From Azolla caroliniana (Eukaryota; Plantae; Polypodiophyta), in assembly GCA_043228905.1 (NCBI GenBank), contig JBHGNT010000250.1:1-45106 (forward strand): a stretch of 45,106 nucleotides of DNA, in the 5' to 3' direction. A model generated the notes under the pieces. It worked only from the letters and a program-made list of their open reading frames with translations. It was not told the origin of the DNA and did no database searches. Positions 22,801 through 33,238 of the stretch are shown here, piece by piece; the first letter of the stretch is position 1; each line of letters begins with the position of its first letter. Made by a program: the position numbers and the translations under genes.

Positions 22801-24316
22801 TCGGGACATTATCGATATTGTAAACGTGAATGTCCGGATCAAGTACACAATAAAATAACGTAGAACAAGACAACTCGGATATTGATGGACACGAGGAAAC
22901 AATCGAGAGGGATTGTTTTTTTACACATTGAATAAAATGCGTACAATCGTTCAGTACAAAAGAAATGGAATGACGAACCCAATCAATAAATAAAGAAGAG
23001 TTTTTATTATAAAACCAGGGATACCCCAGTATTACATCGGTGGTACAAAGATTCATTACATGGAAGTCTACTTCCTCTATATAAGTATCAATAGAAATTC
23101 CTAATGAATGAATCGCCCCGTTGATGTATTGTACTCTTCCATCAGCCAAGTGCACCGTGTAGGTGTGATCACTTACGGTGGGTTGGATTCCCCATATCTG
23201 AACCAAACGATCATTCACAAAATTGTGTAAGCTTCCCGAATCAAATAAAAATTGTACGGGAGATCCATTGATATACCCGTTTGCACGTAGTAAATCATTG
23301 GGACCCAATACATAGTGAGGGAAAGAACATTGACAATTACTTAAATGATGTGTATAGACCTGAAGGACATTAGGAATCTGACCTTTATGGTCTGCAGCTT
23401 TAGCTTTGTTGTCGTGCTCTTTCCGTTGGAGCTTTCGACATTGATCTTTTGTATGACCCTTCTTTTTGCAGAATATACAAAAAGGATGTTGTCGCTTACA
23501 ATCGCGATCCAGGAATTCGTTGGGTGTCTTGCGTTTCCCAACAAATTGCGACTGCTTAGTCCCGGGCGCTTCGTTGGGTTTGTTATGGTCCTTCTTCGAA
23601 GTGCGTTGATAGCGAAGAACTATTTCAACGGCCTCTTCGAAGGATTTTGGATCCTTATCGTGCACTATCCAGTGATAGTCCGAATTGGGGATGCCATTGA
23701 CAAAACAAGCTATCAACCAATTGTCCCCTTCTAGACCCGATTTTTGGATTTGGGTTCTAGCATGGTGAACATAGTCTTCTAGCGAGGAAAATTTCCTGCT
23801 AGAGAGGTTCATTAAAGCTTGTGCTGCCTCGGTTCGAGAGGGAGGTTGCAGAAATTGGCCCTTAAAAACCGTGACAAAATCTGTCCAGGTATCGGGCAAT
23901 TTCCCCATAGTACGGAGGCCACGCCACCAAGCGGCGGCCTTACCCCCGAGTTCTCGGCCGACATATGCAATCTTCGTACTATCTGGCGTGGGATAGAGCT
24001 CAAAATGAGACTCCCATCGTCCCAGCCATGTGCAGATTGCTTCTTCGGTTCTTTCCTTTTTGTCTCCCGTAAATGGCTTAACGACAAATGATGGTTCACC
24101 TTGTCGCTCATCAGGTCTATTAGTCTCTCGTTGTAGACTAATGACACGTGCCTCAAGAGCACTCTGAGATTGCCGAAGTTCGGTCATCTGTTGAGCGGTG
24201 AAACTAAGGTATTGGGTTATTTGTGCCAAATACATCTCAGTGGACATTTGTCCAGGAGGATTCCGTTGAGTTCCTTCCGCTTGAGCGGATGACATCGGGT
24301 CGTTAATTTGAGCCAT
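19883..24316 (-). CDS. gag-pol: Gag-Pol polyprotein, 1477 aa (Gag, CCHC zinc knuckle, aspartic protease, RT, RNase H, integrase, chromodomain)
   Basis: [14 protein letters not shown] knuckle; FLFDSGS protease; [22 protein letters not shown] and [10 protein letters not shown] in RT; [13 protein letters not shown] and TDH in RNase H; [10 protein letters not shown]...CHQC, SMDF/SDRD/QTER and GPF in integrase; PERILD...FKIKW...DATWE chromodomain. Confidence 0.97.
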   Translation of the reverse strand: MAQINDPMSSAQAEGTQRNPPGQMSTEMYLAQITQYLSFTAQQMTELRQSQSALEARVISLQRETNRPDERQGEPSFVVKPFTGDKKERTEEAICTWLGRWESHFELYPTPDSTKIAYVGRELGGKAAAWWRGLRTMGKLPDTWTDFVTVFKGQFLQPPSRTEAAQALMNLSSRKFSSLEDYVHHARTQIQKSGLEGDNWLIACFVNGIPNSDYHWIVHDKDPKSFEEAVEIVLRYQRTSKKDHNKPNEAPGTKQSQFVGKRKTPNEFLDRDCKRQHPFCIFCKKKGHTKDQCRKLQRKEHDNKAKAADHKGQIPNVLQVYTHHLSNCQCSFPHYVLGPNDLLRANGYINGSPVQFLFDSGSLHNFVNDRLVQIWGIQPTVSDHTYTVHLADGRVQYINGAIHSLGISIDTYIEEVDFHVMNLCTTDVILGYPWFYNKNSSLFIDWVRHSISFVLNDCTHFIQCVKKQSLSIVSSCPSISELSCSTLFYCVLDPDIHVYNIDNVPIQLTYFEQQQLDEILNDFHDVFPSELPDGLPPKRNIDHRIDIVPGVAPISIPPYRLSRSEEDEVSKQLKDYLRMGYIRYSKSPWGAPVLLVKKKEGTWRMCINYRRLNKVTIKNSYPLPRADDLIDRLQGARYFTKLDLRTGYHQIRISEDDVPKTAFRTRYGHYEFLVMPFGLTNAPATFQQEMNDIFREQLGKFVVIFLDDILVYSRTLQEHARHVRFVLQTLRDKQFYAKISKCEFFKKSITYLGHLITERGVEIDPSRIEKIKLWPTLRNIREVRSFLGFVGFLRKSLRNYSQLTMPFTDLLKGQTRKSTKPIVWNATLDLAFKELKDLVCKAPSLLLPDPSKPFEVETDASDYAIGAVLYQDGQPIAFESKKLDSAQCRYTVQEKELFAVIHALKTWRHYLYGNHFVVTTDHESLKYFCDQQDLKGRKARWADLIQDFDFSIRYRKGSMNTVADALSRIREVNTLSFTEISSDLYDHLRGKYPDDSYFAKYWARVESGTDTTTSSKEYFHIANGLLYRNGKVCVPDLPEVKKRILFECHDAPSAGHPGIHRTLVLISTQFYWPKMRPDIHSYVTKCHQCQVNKAERLKAAGLLHPLDIPNNKWESISMDFIVSLPRTQKGHDAIWVVVDRLTKMARFIATKTTVTAPELAYQFVDELFRFYGLPMDIVSDRDPKFTSDFWTQVFKKLETTLSMSSTDHPQSDGQTERVNQIIEDMLRAYVGAKPTKWERYLPILEFAYNSSKHTSTGYSPFMLMYGFQPRAPIDVTIHHDELRSTQNFLRDMQDMLHIARDNIKTAQDRARFYADHHRQPRVFNPGQKVFLRVPHNSKTLSTGKCAKLAPRFCGPFTVLKRIGSSAYRLALPDGVGIHPVFHVSRLKELLGSGDNTVTTETLITSEELSSKPHVPERILDVKTKKLRTKEIREFKIKWIDKSIKDATWERENTLRTNFPNFPLQECNVLKRGSMLRA
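19897..19910 (-). other. Polypurine tract (AAAGAGGGGGAGTA)
   Basis: Purine run immediately 5' of the 3' LTR on the element sense strand. Confidence 0.92.
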
Positions 24317-24328
24317 TAAAGATTATTT

Positions 24329-25888
24329 CTGGAAAAGAAATAGGATAAGGTCAGAGATATAGTCATAACATCTTGTCGTGATGTAAACATATCATGGGCG
24401 AGCATTAATCGATATCATTATCTCACGTCAATACCCCTCTAGACGTATGAGATGAGGTTCAAGATCAGGTTACTATGGTAACACAAAGGTGTTTTAAAAA
24501 CCATGGGGGTGACAAATAAATGTCTTTCCCTGATCTCTATATCGATTTTTCCATGGTGGCTCCCCGAGGCTCAACCATGTATGTTCGCGTCATGATTAGT
24601 TTATACACGAAAAAAAATGTTAACAATAAACTATGTTTCGGTGCCCACATAAGTGGTTTCGGCTCTTTAAGTCCTATTACGAGGACCCCGAGGTGCACTT
24701 AGACCTTAAGTCTAAACATGTGTTATAGTCATATGTATCAAGGATGTTGTATGGTCTTGGTCATATTTGAACTCGAGACCTCGAGAACAAATACATTAAA
24801 CACTTGAGCCAACCAAGTAAGTTGCTCTTCTCGAATGTTTAATGTTTGATGCGTATAAGAGATATGCGAGGCAATTGATCATATACGTTTTTTTAAAAGA
24901 ACATATATGTCAAGGGTCCTTATTTCGCCCTCATTTACCAAAACTATGTTGGTACGTTACCTAACCTCAAGTCTCGTAATTACGATGGCATACGCCAAAG
25001 TGCAACCTAATGGTCAAGCCAAATGAGCCCTTGTTTCGTAGTAGGCTCACGTGGGCCATCACATGGTCACGTCATTACGAATGCCTCTCGTAAGAACGAG
25101 CTCATGGTGGCATCGTATCCATGTAACGAGGGAAGGATGTTGGATACGTGCGTCATTGGAGCGACCTCACTTGAAGTGGGTCAAGCCCTACGTACTCAAC
25201 ATCATTATGGCTATTGCGTTTCTTTACGTAACGAAATCGAGGTCATCAACGGGGTTGTCAACCATAAAAAATTGTTGAAAAAGGAATGGTGACAACGCCA
25301 TTCTCACAAAAATTTGAGGACGGCCACCAACATCCTTTTCCCGACCATGACAACTTTCGATATAATCACGTAATAACGAATATACACATATGGTTACTTA
25401 TCACATATATACGATCAAATACGTATATATGTGACCACATATGCCTATATTCAACATATCGTTATAGTAAATAGCCACAAATGATGTGATCGAGATACGT
25501 AATCGAGGTATATACCTCTACGCACACGAAACATCCACAAATAAGAGATCATCGTAATACGCAATGGAGGTATTGACCTCTTACGCATACGAGACCAAAC
25601 GCATATCGTTTACAACAAATTAAGGTATTAAACTCATACGCAAACGTAACATATGTTCGTGAACGTAATACGTAATTGAGGTATTAACCTCGTACGCATA
25701 CGACACTCATCACATATTATTAATATGTCAAACGAGGTATTGACCTCGTGCACATATGTAAACGTTTTAGATAATCAATTAAAGACCACTACAACATCAT
25801 TGATTTAATGAAAAATATTACATATAAACTAAACACATGATTAGATGGGAGAAGAGAGAATAGAAAAAATAAATATGGAAAGAGTTAC
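24329..25888 (-). other. Predicted 1560-nt intron in the retroelement 5' leader
   Basis: Donor-like CG|GTAACT followed by a U-rich tract at 25888; branch-like CTGAC near 24350; acceptor TTTCTTTTCCAG| ending 12 nt before the gag ATG. Prediction only. Confidence 0.5.
25495..25755 (-). repeat. Five hairpin-forming repeats with core GAGGT-N4-ACCTC at 55-62 bp period
   Basis: Cores at 25505-25518, 25567-25580, 25622-25635 (degenerate), 25678-25691 and 25734-25747, with shared flanks ATACGYAAT / TACGCATACG. Confidence 0.85.
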
Positions 25889-25992
25889 CGAAGTTCTTTG
25901 TTGATCGTTGTCTGGATCAAGGCCAACCGCACAACGATCGATCAGCATCAATCAAAAGACAAATGAAAAACAAAGAAACATTAGTAAAAAAA

Positions 25993-26002
25993 TCTGATAC
26001 CA
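25993..26002 (-). other. Primer-binding site TGGTATCAGA (tRNA-iMet 3' end)
   Basis: Lies 2 nt downstream of the 5' LTR and matches the first 10 nt of the plant tRNA-iMet PBS TGGTATCAGAGC. Confidence 0.9.
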
Positions 26003-26004
26003 AA

Positions 26005-26459
26005 TATTATAGATCTTGGTACTAACGTAAGCTTAAGATAAGGATAATGAAAAGATAGATAGAAAGGAGAAAGAGAAAGAAGGGTGCCGATCCACCCGAC
26101 CACCCCCGAGCGAAGGGATCGAGACGGACTCGAGCCTCGATCGGCGTCCCATACCACCGCCGTGGCGTCGAGTCGTACCTGGTGCTGGCGCGCTCGCTAC
26201 AAGAGTTGACCCACCACACGAGCAGAGTCTCGATGTAGTCAAAAGATGATCAAATGAGGGTAGCTAGGCCTCTTATTTATAGCGATACCCAAGGCCCCCA
26301 GGCAAGTTCACACTTGACCTAATGGGTTGTCTCAATCCCGAGGATTAAAAGTAATCCTCCCCTTCTTTACACTCTCATTTAACCCTCACACTTATCCACG
26401 TGTATAGAATACTACGGTAAATTCTTACCACGGGATATTATATGGTCATGCCCGTAACA
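26005..26459 (-). repeat. 5' LTR (455 bp)
   Basis: Direct repeat of 19442-19896, adjacent to the PBS. Confidence 0.97.
26274..26281 (-). promoter_or_regulatory. LTR TATA box TATAAATA (also 19711-19718 in the 3' LTR)
   Basis: GCTATAAATAAGAGG on the element sense strand, a typical plant LTR TATA context. Confidence 0.7.
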
Positions 26460-27878
26460 GTTGCAACCGCCTCCGCGAGGCCTTATACATTAGCGGAGAA
26501 GAGGCACGCAATGATGGTCACCGCCATAGCCAAGTGTCAAGGGAACGTCGTCAATGGGAAGAGGATGCCGAGCGAGAGAGAGACAGTAGCGAGCGCGAGG
26601 AGGACGAGCGCCGTTATCGCATGACCGGACGACAAGATGAGGAACAACGTCGTCGTTTCAAGGCCGGTGAGGAGGAACAACTTCTAAGCGTGGCAACCTC
26701 TCGCCTTCTCCAACAATGTGATCTTCGCCCACGCGCTTGTATTCGCCACTTTTAAAGAACGTACATAACTTTTTCAACTATACACTTTCTGAACATCGTA
26801 AATGTAAATGGTGTGCTCTGTGTGGTGTCTTGACGTTCTCATAACCCTCTCAATCATATTTCTCCCACGCTCGCGCACAACACGCACGCACGCACGCACG
26901 ATCAGGTCGCGTGCCCTCGCTCGCTCATTGCACAAGCAAAATGAAACTCCACGCACACATGATTAGGTAACGTGCCCACACGCACACTACCCACTCCCAC
27001 CCTACCTATATCTATCTCTATCCATCTATCGCTATCTCTCTCACGAGCAACGCGAAACTCGTCAAACGTCGATGCCATCACAATGTTGTATTGAAGCCAC
27101 CCTCATACAATGCCGTGTCTCGCCGTACCATGATGTGCGCAATAGTAGTGGCTGATCGTAACTCCTACTACAAACATGATTCCACATGAAATTCCCATGT
27201 CTATCTACCATTTTCATCATCGTGTGAACCAACCAACCCACGCATGTTTCACCTAGAAATGTTGTCCTTGAATGGTGCCACCTTCATATTCCTCCGGTGG
27301 TTGCAGCGTCCACAACGACGACGGATCTTGTAATCACAATGAAAACGCGTGTCGTCGTCCGTATGTTGGTCGCAATGGATTCTAAACCCCCTCGTGGCCA
27401 CAACCACCGATAACGTTTTCGTGGAGAGAACCAACACCCTAAAAACCTTTTCTCACCACCTTATCCTCGTTTTACGAGGCCCATACGCACTCTACAACCT
27501 CAATGGCATCACATGTGTAGGTGGCTATCATGAGGTTACATACTGTCTACGTTGCAATATGGACGAAGCGTCCATAGGTTAGTAGATTTGAAATGCCCAA
27601 GTGCATAATCCCACTCCTGGTGTGATGGAGGTGAGTATAGGGCTAGTGATATGGTAGGTCGAAGCAGGAGGATCCTGGACACGTAAAGGGGGGTGGATAA
27701 AAGTGAATGGTCTCTTCCGTGGCCCAAGTATGGATCATGCCATTAACGTCTATAGGAATGGACGTGGGAAGGGACATGCATGTACTAGACATGCATGGCC
27801 TTGTGTATATAAGGGTGGATCAACCATGACACACTCAAATAGGCGGAGAGAGAACCGGGGTAGTTCCGAACACAAGCA

Positions 27879-28916
27879 ATGGCGAAGCTCACTATCATAT
27901 TCCTCATGGCGGTTATCATGCTAGCCGCCTGCGGCGCGGCCAATGCTAGATCTGTAGGACGGGATCGCGAAGAGGAGAGGCGCGATCGACGTAGGGAGGA
28001 GGATGTCGACGAGGAGAGGCGCAGCGGACGTCGTGAGGGATCCATCGATGAGAGGCGCTACAGAGACAACAAGAGAGAGTCGGATGAGGACCGGGATCGT
28101 CGCAGTCACGATCGCGATGAGCCACGTGAGGAGAGGCGCGATCGACGCAGGGAGGAGGATTTCGATGAGGAGAGGCGCGGGGGACGTCGCGAGGGGTCCA
28201 TCGAGGAGGGGCGCTACGGAGACAACAAGAGAGAGTCCGAAGAGGAACGGGATCGTCGCGGTCGCGATCGTGATGAGTCACGTGACGAGAGGCGCGATCG
28301 ACGCAGGGAGGAGGATGTCGAGCAGGAGAGGCGCGACCGACGTCGTGAAGGATCCCTCGATGAAGGACGTCGCAGAGACAACAAGAGAGAGTCCGAAGAG
28401 GAACGGGATCGTCGCGGCCGCGATCGCAATGAGCCACGAGACCGAGAGTTGAGGCAAGAGTGCCAAAACTTCGTCGATAGGCAGGTCCGCCACCTACAAG
28501 AACGTAATGAGAAGGAAGAACGTGGACGAAGCCGTCGCACCTCTTGGGATGAAATCAGCCGATATGCAAGGCCCTCCGAAAGATGCTGCAGGAACGTGGA
28601 ACAAATCCCCGTAGAAGAGCGTTGCAACCGCCTCCGCGAGGCCTTATACATTAGCGGAGAAGAGGCACGCAATGATGGTCACCGCCATAGCCAAGTGTCA
28701 AGGGAACGTCGTCAATGGGAAGAGGATGCCGAGCGAGAGAGAGACAGTAGCGAGCGCGAGGAGGACGAGCGCCGTTATCGCATGACCGGACGACAAGATG
28801 AGGAACAACGTCGTCGTTTCAAGGCCGGTGAGGAGGAACAACTTCTAAGCGTGGCAACCTCTCGCCTTCTCCAACAATGTGATCTTCGCCCACGCGCTTG
28901 TATTCGCCACTTTTAA
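27879..28916 (+). CDS. 2S-albumin-like prepro-storage protein copy (S271; private D184N)
   Basis: 345-aa ORF; G>A at 28428. Confidence 0.9.
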   Translation: MAKLTIIFLMAVIMLAACGAANARSVGRDREEERRDRRREEDVDEERRSGRREGSIDERRYRDNKRESDEDRDRRSHDRDEPREERRDRRREEDFDEERRGGRREGSIEEGRYGDNKRESEEERDRRGRDRDESRDERRDRRREEDVEQERRDRRREGSLDEGRRRDNKRESEEERDRRGRDRNEPRDRELRQECQNFVDRQVRHLQERNEKEERGRSRRTSWDEISRYARPSERCCRNVEQIPVEERCNRLREALYISGEEARNDGHRHSQVSRERRQWEEDAERERDSSEREEDERRYRMTGRQDEEQRRRFKAGEEEQLLSVATSRLLQQCDLRPRACIRHF

Positions 28917-30039
28917 AGAACGTACATAACTTTTTCAACTATACACTTTCTGAACATCGTAAATGTAAATGGTGTGCTCTGTGTGGTGTCTTGACGTTCT
29001 CATAACCCTCTCAATCATATTTCTCCCACGCTCGCGCACAACACGCACGCACGCACGCACGATCAGGTCGCGTGCCCTCGCTCGCTCATTGCACAAGCAA
29101 AATGAAACTCCACGCACACATGATTAGGTAACGTGCCCACACGCACACTACCCACTCCCACCCTACCTATATCTATCTCTATCCATCTATCGCTATCTCT
29201 CTCACGAGCAACGCGAAACTCGTCAAACGTCGATGCCATCACAATGTTGTATTGAAGCCACCCTCATACAATGCCGTGTCTCGCCGTACCATGATGTGCG
29301 CAATAGTAGTGGCTGATCGTAACTCCTACTACAAACATGATTCCACATGAAATTCCCATGTCTATCTACCATTTTCATCATCGTGTGAACCAACCAACCC
29401 ACGCATGTTTCACCTAGAAATGTTGTCCTTGAATGGTGCCACCTTCATATTCCTCCGGTGGTTGCAGCGTCCACAACGACGACGGATCTTGTAATCACAA
29501 TGAAAACGCGTGTCGTCGTCCGTATGTTGGTCGCAATGGATTCTAAACCCCCTCGTGGCCACAACCACCGATAACGTTTTCGTGGAGAGAACCAACACCC
29601 TAAAAACCTTTTCTCACCACCTTATCCTCGTTTTACGAGGCCCATACGCACTCTACAACCTCAATGGCATCACATGTGTAGGTGGCTATCATGAGGTTAC
29701 ATACTGTCTACGTTGCAATATGGACGAAGCGTCCATAGGTTAGTAGATTTGAAATGCCCAAGTGCATAATCCCACTCCTGGTGTGATGGAGGTGAGTATA
29801 GGGCTAGTGATATGGTAGGTCGAAGCAGGAGGATCCTGGACACGTAAAGGGGGGTGGATAAAAGTGAATGGTCTCTTCCGTGGCCCAAGTATGGATCATG
29901 CCATTAACGTCTATAGGAATGGACGTGGGAAGGGACATGCATGTACTAGACATGCATGGCCTTGTGTATATAAGGGTGGATCAACCATGACACACTCAAA
30001 TAGGCGGAGAGAGAACCGGGGTAGTTCCGAACACAAGCA

Positions 30040-31077
30040 ATGGCGAAGCTCACTATCATATTCCTCATGGCGGTTATCATGCTAGCCGCCTGCGGCGCGG
30101 CCAATGCTAGATCTGTAGGACGGGATCGCGAAGAGGAGAGGCGCGATCGACGTAGGGAGGAGGATGTCGACGAGGAGAGGCGCAGCGGACGTCGTGAGGG
30201 ATCCATCGATGAGAGGCGCTACAGAGACAACAAGAGAGAGTCGGATGAGGACCGGGATCGTCGCAGTCACGATCGCGATGAGCCACGTGAGGAGAGGCGC
30301 GATCGACGCAGGGAGGAGGATTTCGATGAGGAGAGGCGCGGGGGACGTCGCGAGGGGTCCATCGAGGAGGGGCGCTACGGAGACAACAAGAGAGAGTCCG
30401 AAGAGGAACGGGATCGTCGCGGTCGCGATCGTGATGAGTCACGTGACGAGAGGCGCGATCGACGCAGGGAGGAGGATGTCGAGCAGGAGAGGCGCGACCG
30501 ACGTCGTGAAGGATCCCTCGATGAAGGACGTCGCAGAGACAACAAGAGAGAGTCCGAAGAGGAACGGGATCGTCGCGGCCGCGATCGCGATGAGCCACGA
30601 GACCGAGAGTTGAGGCAAGAGTGCCAAAACTTCGTCGATAGGCAGGTCCGCCACCTACAAGAACGTAATGAGAAGGAAGAACGTGGACGAAGCCGTCGCA
30701 CCTCTTGGGATGAAATCAGCCGATATGCAAGGCCCTCCGAAAGATGCTGCAGGAACGTGGAACAAATCCCCGTAGAAGAGCGTTGCAACCGCCTCCGCGA
30801 GGCCTTATACATTAGCGGAGAAGAGGCACGCAATGATGGTCACCGCCATAGCCAAGTGTCAAGGGAACGTCGTCAATGGGAAGAGGATGCCGAGCGAGAG
30901 AGAGACAGTAGCGAGCGCGAGGAGGACGAGCGCCGTTATCGCATGACCGGACGACAAGATGAGGAACAACGTCGTCGTTTCAAGGCCGGTGAGGAGGAAC
31001 AACTTCTAAGCGTGGCAACCTCTCGCCTTCTCCAACAATGTGATCTTCGCCCACGCGCTTGTATTCGCCACTTTTAA
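30040..31077 (+). CDS. 2S-albumin-like prepro-storage protein copy (S271)
   Basis: 345-aa ORF identical to the 12207 copy. Confidence 0.9.
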   Translation: MAKLTIIFLMAVIMLAACGAANARSVGRDREEERRDRRREEDVDEERRSGRREGSIDERRYRDNKRESDEDRDRRSHDRDEPREERRDRRREEDFDEERRGGRREGSIEEGRYGDNKRESEEERDRRGRDRDESRDERRDRRREEDVEQERRDRRREGSLDEGRRRDNKRESEEERDRRGRDRDEPRDRELRQECQNFVDRQVRHLQERNEKEERGRSRRTSWDEISRYARPSERCCRNVEQIPVEERCNRLREALYISGEEARNDGHRHSQVSRERRQWEEDAERERDSSEREEDERRYRMTGRQDEEQRRRFKAGEEEQLLSVATSRLLQQCDLRPRACIRHF

Positions 31078-32200
31078 AGAACGTACATAACTTTTTCAAC
31101 TATACACTTTCTGAACATCGTAAATGTAAATGGTGTGCTCTGTGTGGTGTCTTGACGTTCTCATAACCCTCTCAATCATATTTCTCCCACGCTCGCGCAC
31201 AACACGCACGCACGCACGCACGATCAGGTCGCGTGCCCTCGCTCGCTCATTGCACAAGCAAAATGAAACTCCACGCACACATGATTAGGTAACGTGCCCA
31301 CACGCACACTACCCACTCCCACCCTACCTATATCTATCTCTATCCATCTATCGCTATCTCTCTCACGAGCAACGCGAAACTCGTCAAACGTCGATGCCAT
31401 CACAATGTTGTATTGAAGCCACCCTCATACAATGCCGTGTCTCGCCGTACCATGATGTGCGCAATAGTAGTGGCTGATCGTAACTCCTACTACAAACATG
31501 ATTCCACATGAAATTCCCATGTCTATCTACCATTTTCATCATCGTGTGAACCAACCAACCCACGCATGTTTCACCTAGAAATGTTGTCCTTGAATGGTGC
31601 CACCTTCATATTCCTCCGGTGGTTGCAGCGTCCACAACGACGACGGATCTTGTAATCACAATGAAAACGCGTGTCGTCGTCCGTATGTTGGTCGCAATGG
31701 ATTCTAAACCCCCTCGTGGCCACAACCACCGATAACGTTTTCGTGGAGAGAACCAACACCCTAAAAACCTTTTCTCACCACCTTATCCTCGTTTTACGAG
31801 GCCCATACGCACTCTACAACCTCAATGGCATCACATGTGTAGGTGGCTATCATGAGGTTACATACTGTCTACGTTGCAATATGGACGAAGCGTCCATAGG
31901 TTAGTAGATTTGAAATGCCCAAGTGCATAATCCCACTCCTGGTGTGATGGAGGTGAGTATAGGGCTAGTGATATGGTAGGTCGAAGCAGGAGGATCCTGG
32001 ACACGTAAAGGGGGGTGGATAAAAGTGAATGGTCTCTTCCGTGGCCCAAGTATGGATCATGCCATTAACGTCTATAGGAATGGACGTGGGAAGGGACATG
32101 CATGTACTAGACATGCATGGCCTTGTGTATATAAGGGTGGATCAACCATGACACACTCAAATAGGCGGAGAGAGAACCGGGGTAGTTCCGAACACAAGCA

Positions 32201-33238
32201 ATGGCGAAGCTCACTATCATATTCCTCATGGCGGTTATCATGCTAGCCGCCTGCGGCGCGGCCAATGCTAGATCTGTAGGACGGGATCGCGAAGAGGAGA
32301 GGCGCGATCGACGTAGGGAGGAGGATGTCGACGAGGAGAGGCGCAGCGGACGTCGTGAGGGATCCATCGATGAGAGGCGCTACAGAGACAACAAGAGAGA
32401 GTCGGATGAGGACCGGGATCGTCGCAGTCACGATCGCGATGAGCCACGTGAGGAGAGGCGCGATCGACGCAGGGAGGAGGATTTCGATGAGGAGAGGCGC
32501 GGGGGACGTCGCGAGGGGTCCATCGAGGAGGGGCGCTACGGAGACAACAAGAGAGAGTCCGAAGAGGAACGGGATCGTCGCGGTCGCGATCGTGATGAGT
32601 CACGTGACGAGAGGCGCGATCGACGCAGGGAGGAGGATGTCGAGCAGGAGAGGCGCGACCGACGTCGTGAAGGATCCCTCGATGAAGGACGTCGCAGAGA
32701 CAACAAGAGAGAGTCCGAAGAGGAACGGGATCGTCGCGGCCGCGATCGCGATGAGCCACGAGACCGAGAGTTGAGGCAAGAGTGCCAAAACTTCGTCGAT
32801 AGGCAGGTCCGCCACCTACAAGAACGTAATGAGAAGGAAGAACGTGGACGAAGCCGTCGCACCTCTTGGGATGAAATCAGCCGATATGCAAGGCCCTCCG
32901 AAAGATGCTGCAGGAACGTGGAACAAATCCCCGTAGAAGAGCGTTGCAACCGCCTCCGCGAGGCCTTATACATTAGCGGAGAAGAGGCACGCAATGATGG
33001 TCACCGCCATAGCCAAGTGTCAAGGGAACGTCGTCAATGGGAAGAGGATGCCGAGCGAGAGAGAGACAGTAGCGAGCGCGAGGAGGACGAGCGCCGTTAT
33101 CGCATGACCGGACGACAAGATGAGGAACAACGTCGTCGTTTCAAGGCCGGTGAGGAGGAACAACTTCTAAGCGTGGCAACCTCTCGCCTTCTCCAACAAT
33201 GTGATCTTCGCCCACGCGCTTGTATTCGCCACTTTTAA
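32201..33238 (+). CDS. 2S-albumin-like prepro-storage protein copy (S271)
   Basis: 345-aa ORF identical to the 12207 copy. Confidence 0.9.
   Translation: MAKLTIIFLMAVIMLAACGAANARSVGRDREEERRDRRREEDVDEERRSGRREGSIDERRYRDNKRESDEDRDRRSHDRDEPREERRDRRREEDFDEERRGGRREGSIEEGRYGDNKRESEEERDRRGRDRDESRDERRDRRREEDVEQERRDRRREGSLDEGRRRDNKRESEEERDRRGRDRDEPRDRELRQECQNFVDRQVRHLQERNEKEERGRSRRTSWDEISRYARPSERCCRNVEQIPVEERCNRLREALYISGEEARNDGHRHSQVSRERRQWEEDAERERDSSEREEDERRYRMTGRQDEEQRRRFKAGEEEQLLSVATSRLLQQCDLRPRACIRHF

Larger units (their letters stand above)
19442..26459 (-). mobile_element. Full-length Ty3/Gypsy chromovirus LTR retrotransposon, 7018 bp
   Basis: Two 455-bp LTRs, 5-bp TSD, PBS, PPT and an intact polyprotein in PR-RT-RH-IN order with a C-terminal chromodomain. 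Confidence 0.98.
18695..26755 (+). pseudogene. 2S-albumin-like gene copy disrupted by LTR retrotransposon after codon Cys249 (5' part 18695-19441, 3' part 26465-26755)
   Basis: The ORF reads ...PVEERC, then the LTR-derived YYRSWY-stop (255 aa, ends 19462). The gene resumes at aaccgcctcc after the duplicated GTTGC. Confidence 0.97.

Noticed and set aside
19917-24162. Small ORFs overlapping gag-pol
   Set aside because: Shadow ORFs of the long polyprotein with no independent evidence.
24520-25474. Extra (env-like or antisense) ORFs in the retroelement leader
   Set aside because: Only 60-89 aa ORFs on the + strand, with no recognisable domain or transmembrane architecture.
25495-25755. CRISPR array
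   Set aside because: Eukaryotic retroelement context, no cas genes, and repeats too degenerate. Kept as a hairpin-repeat finding instead.
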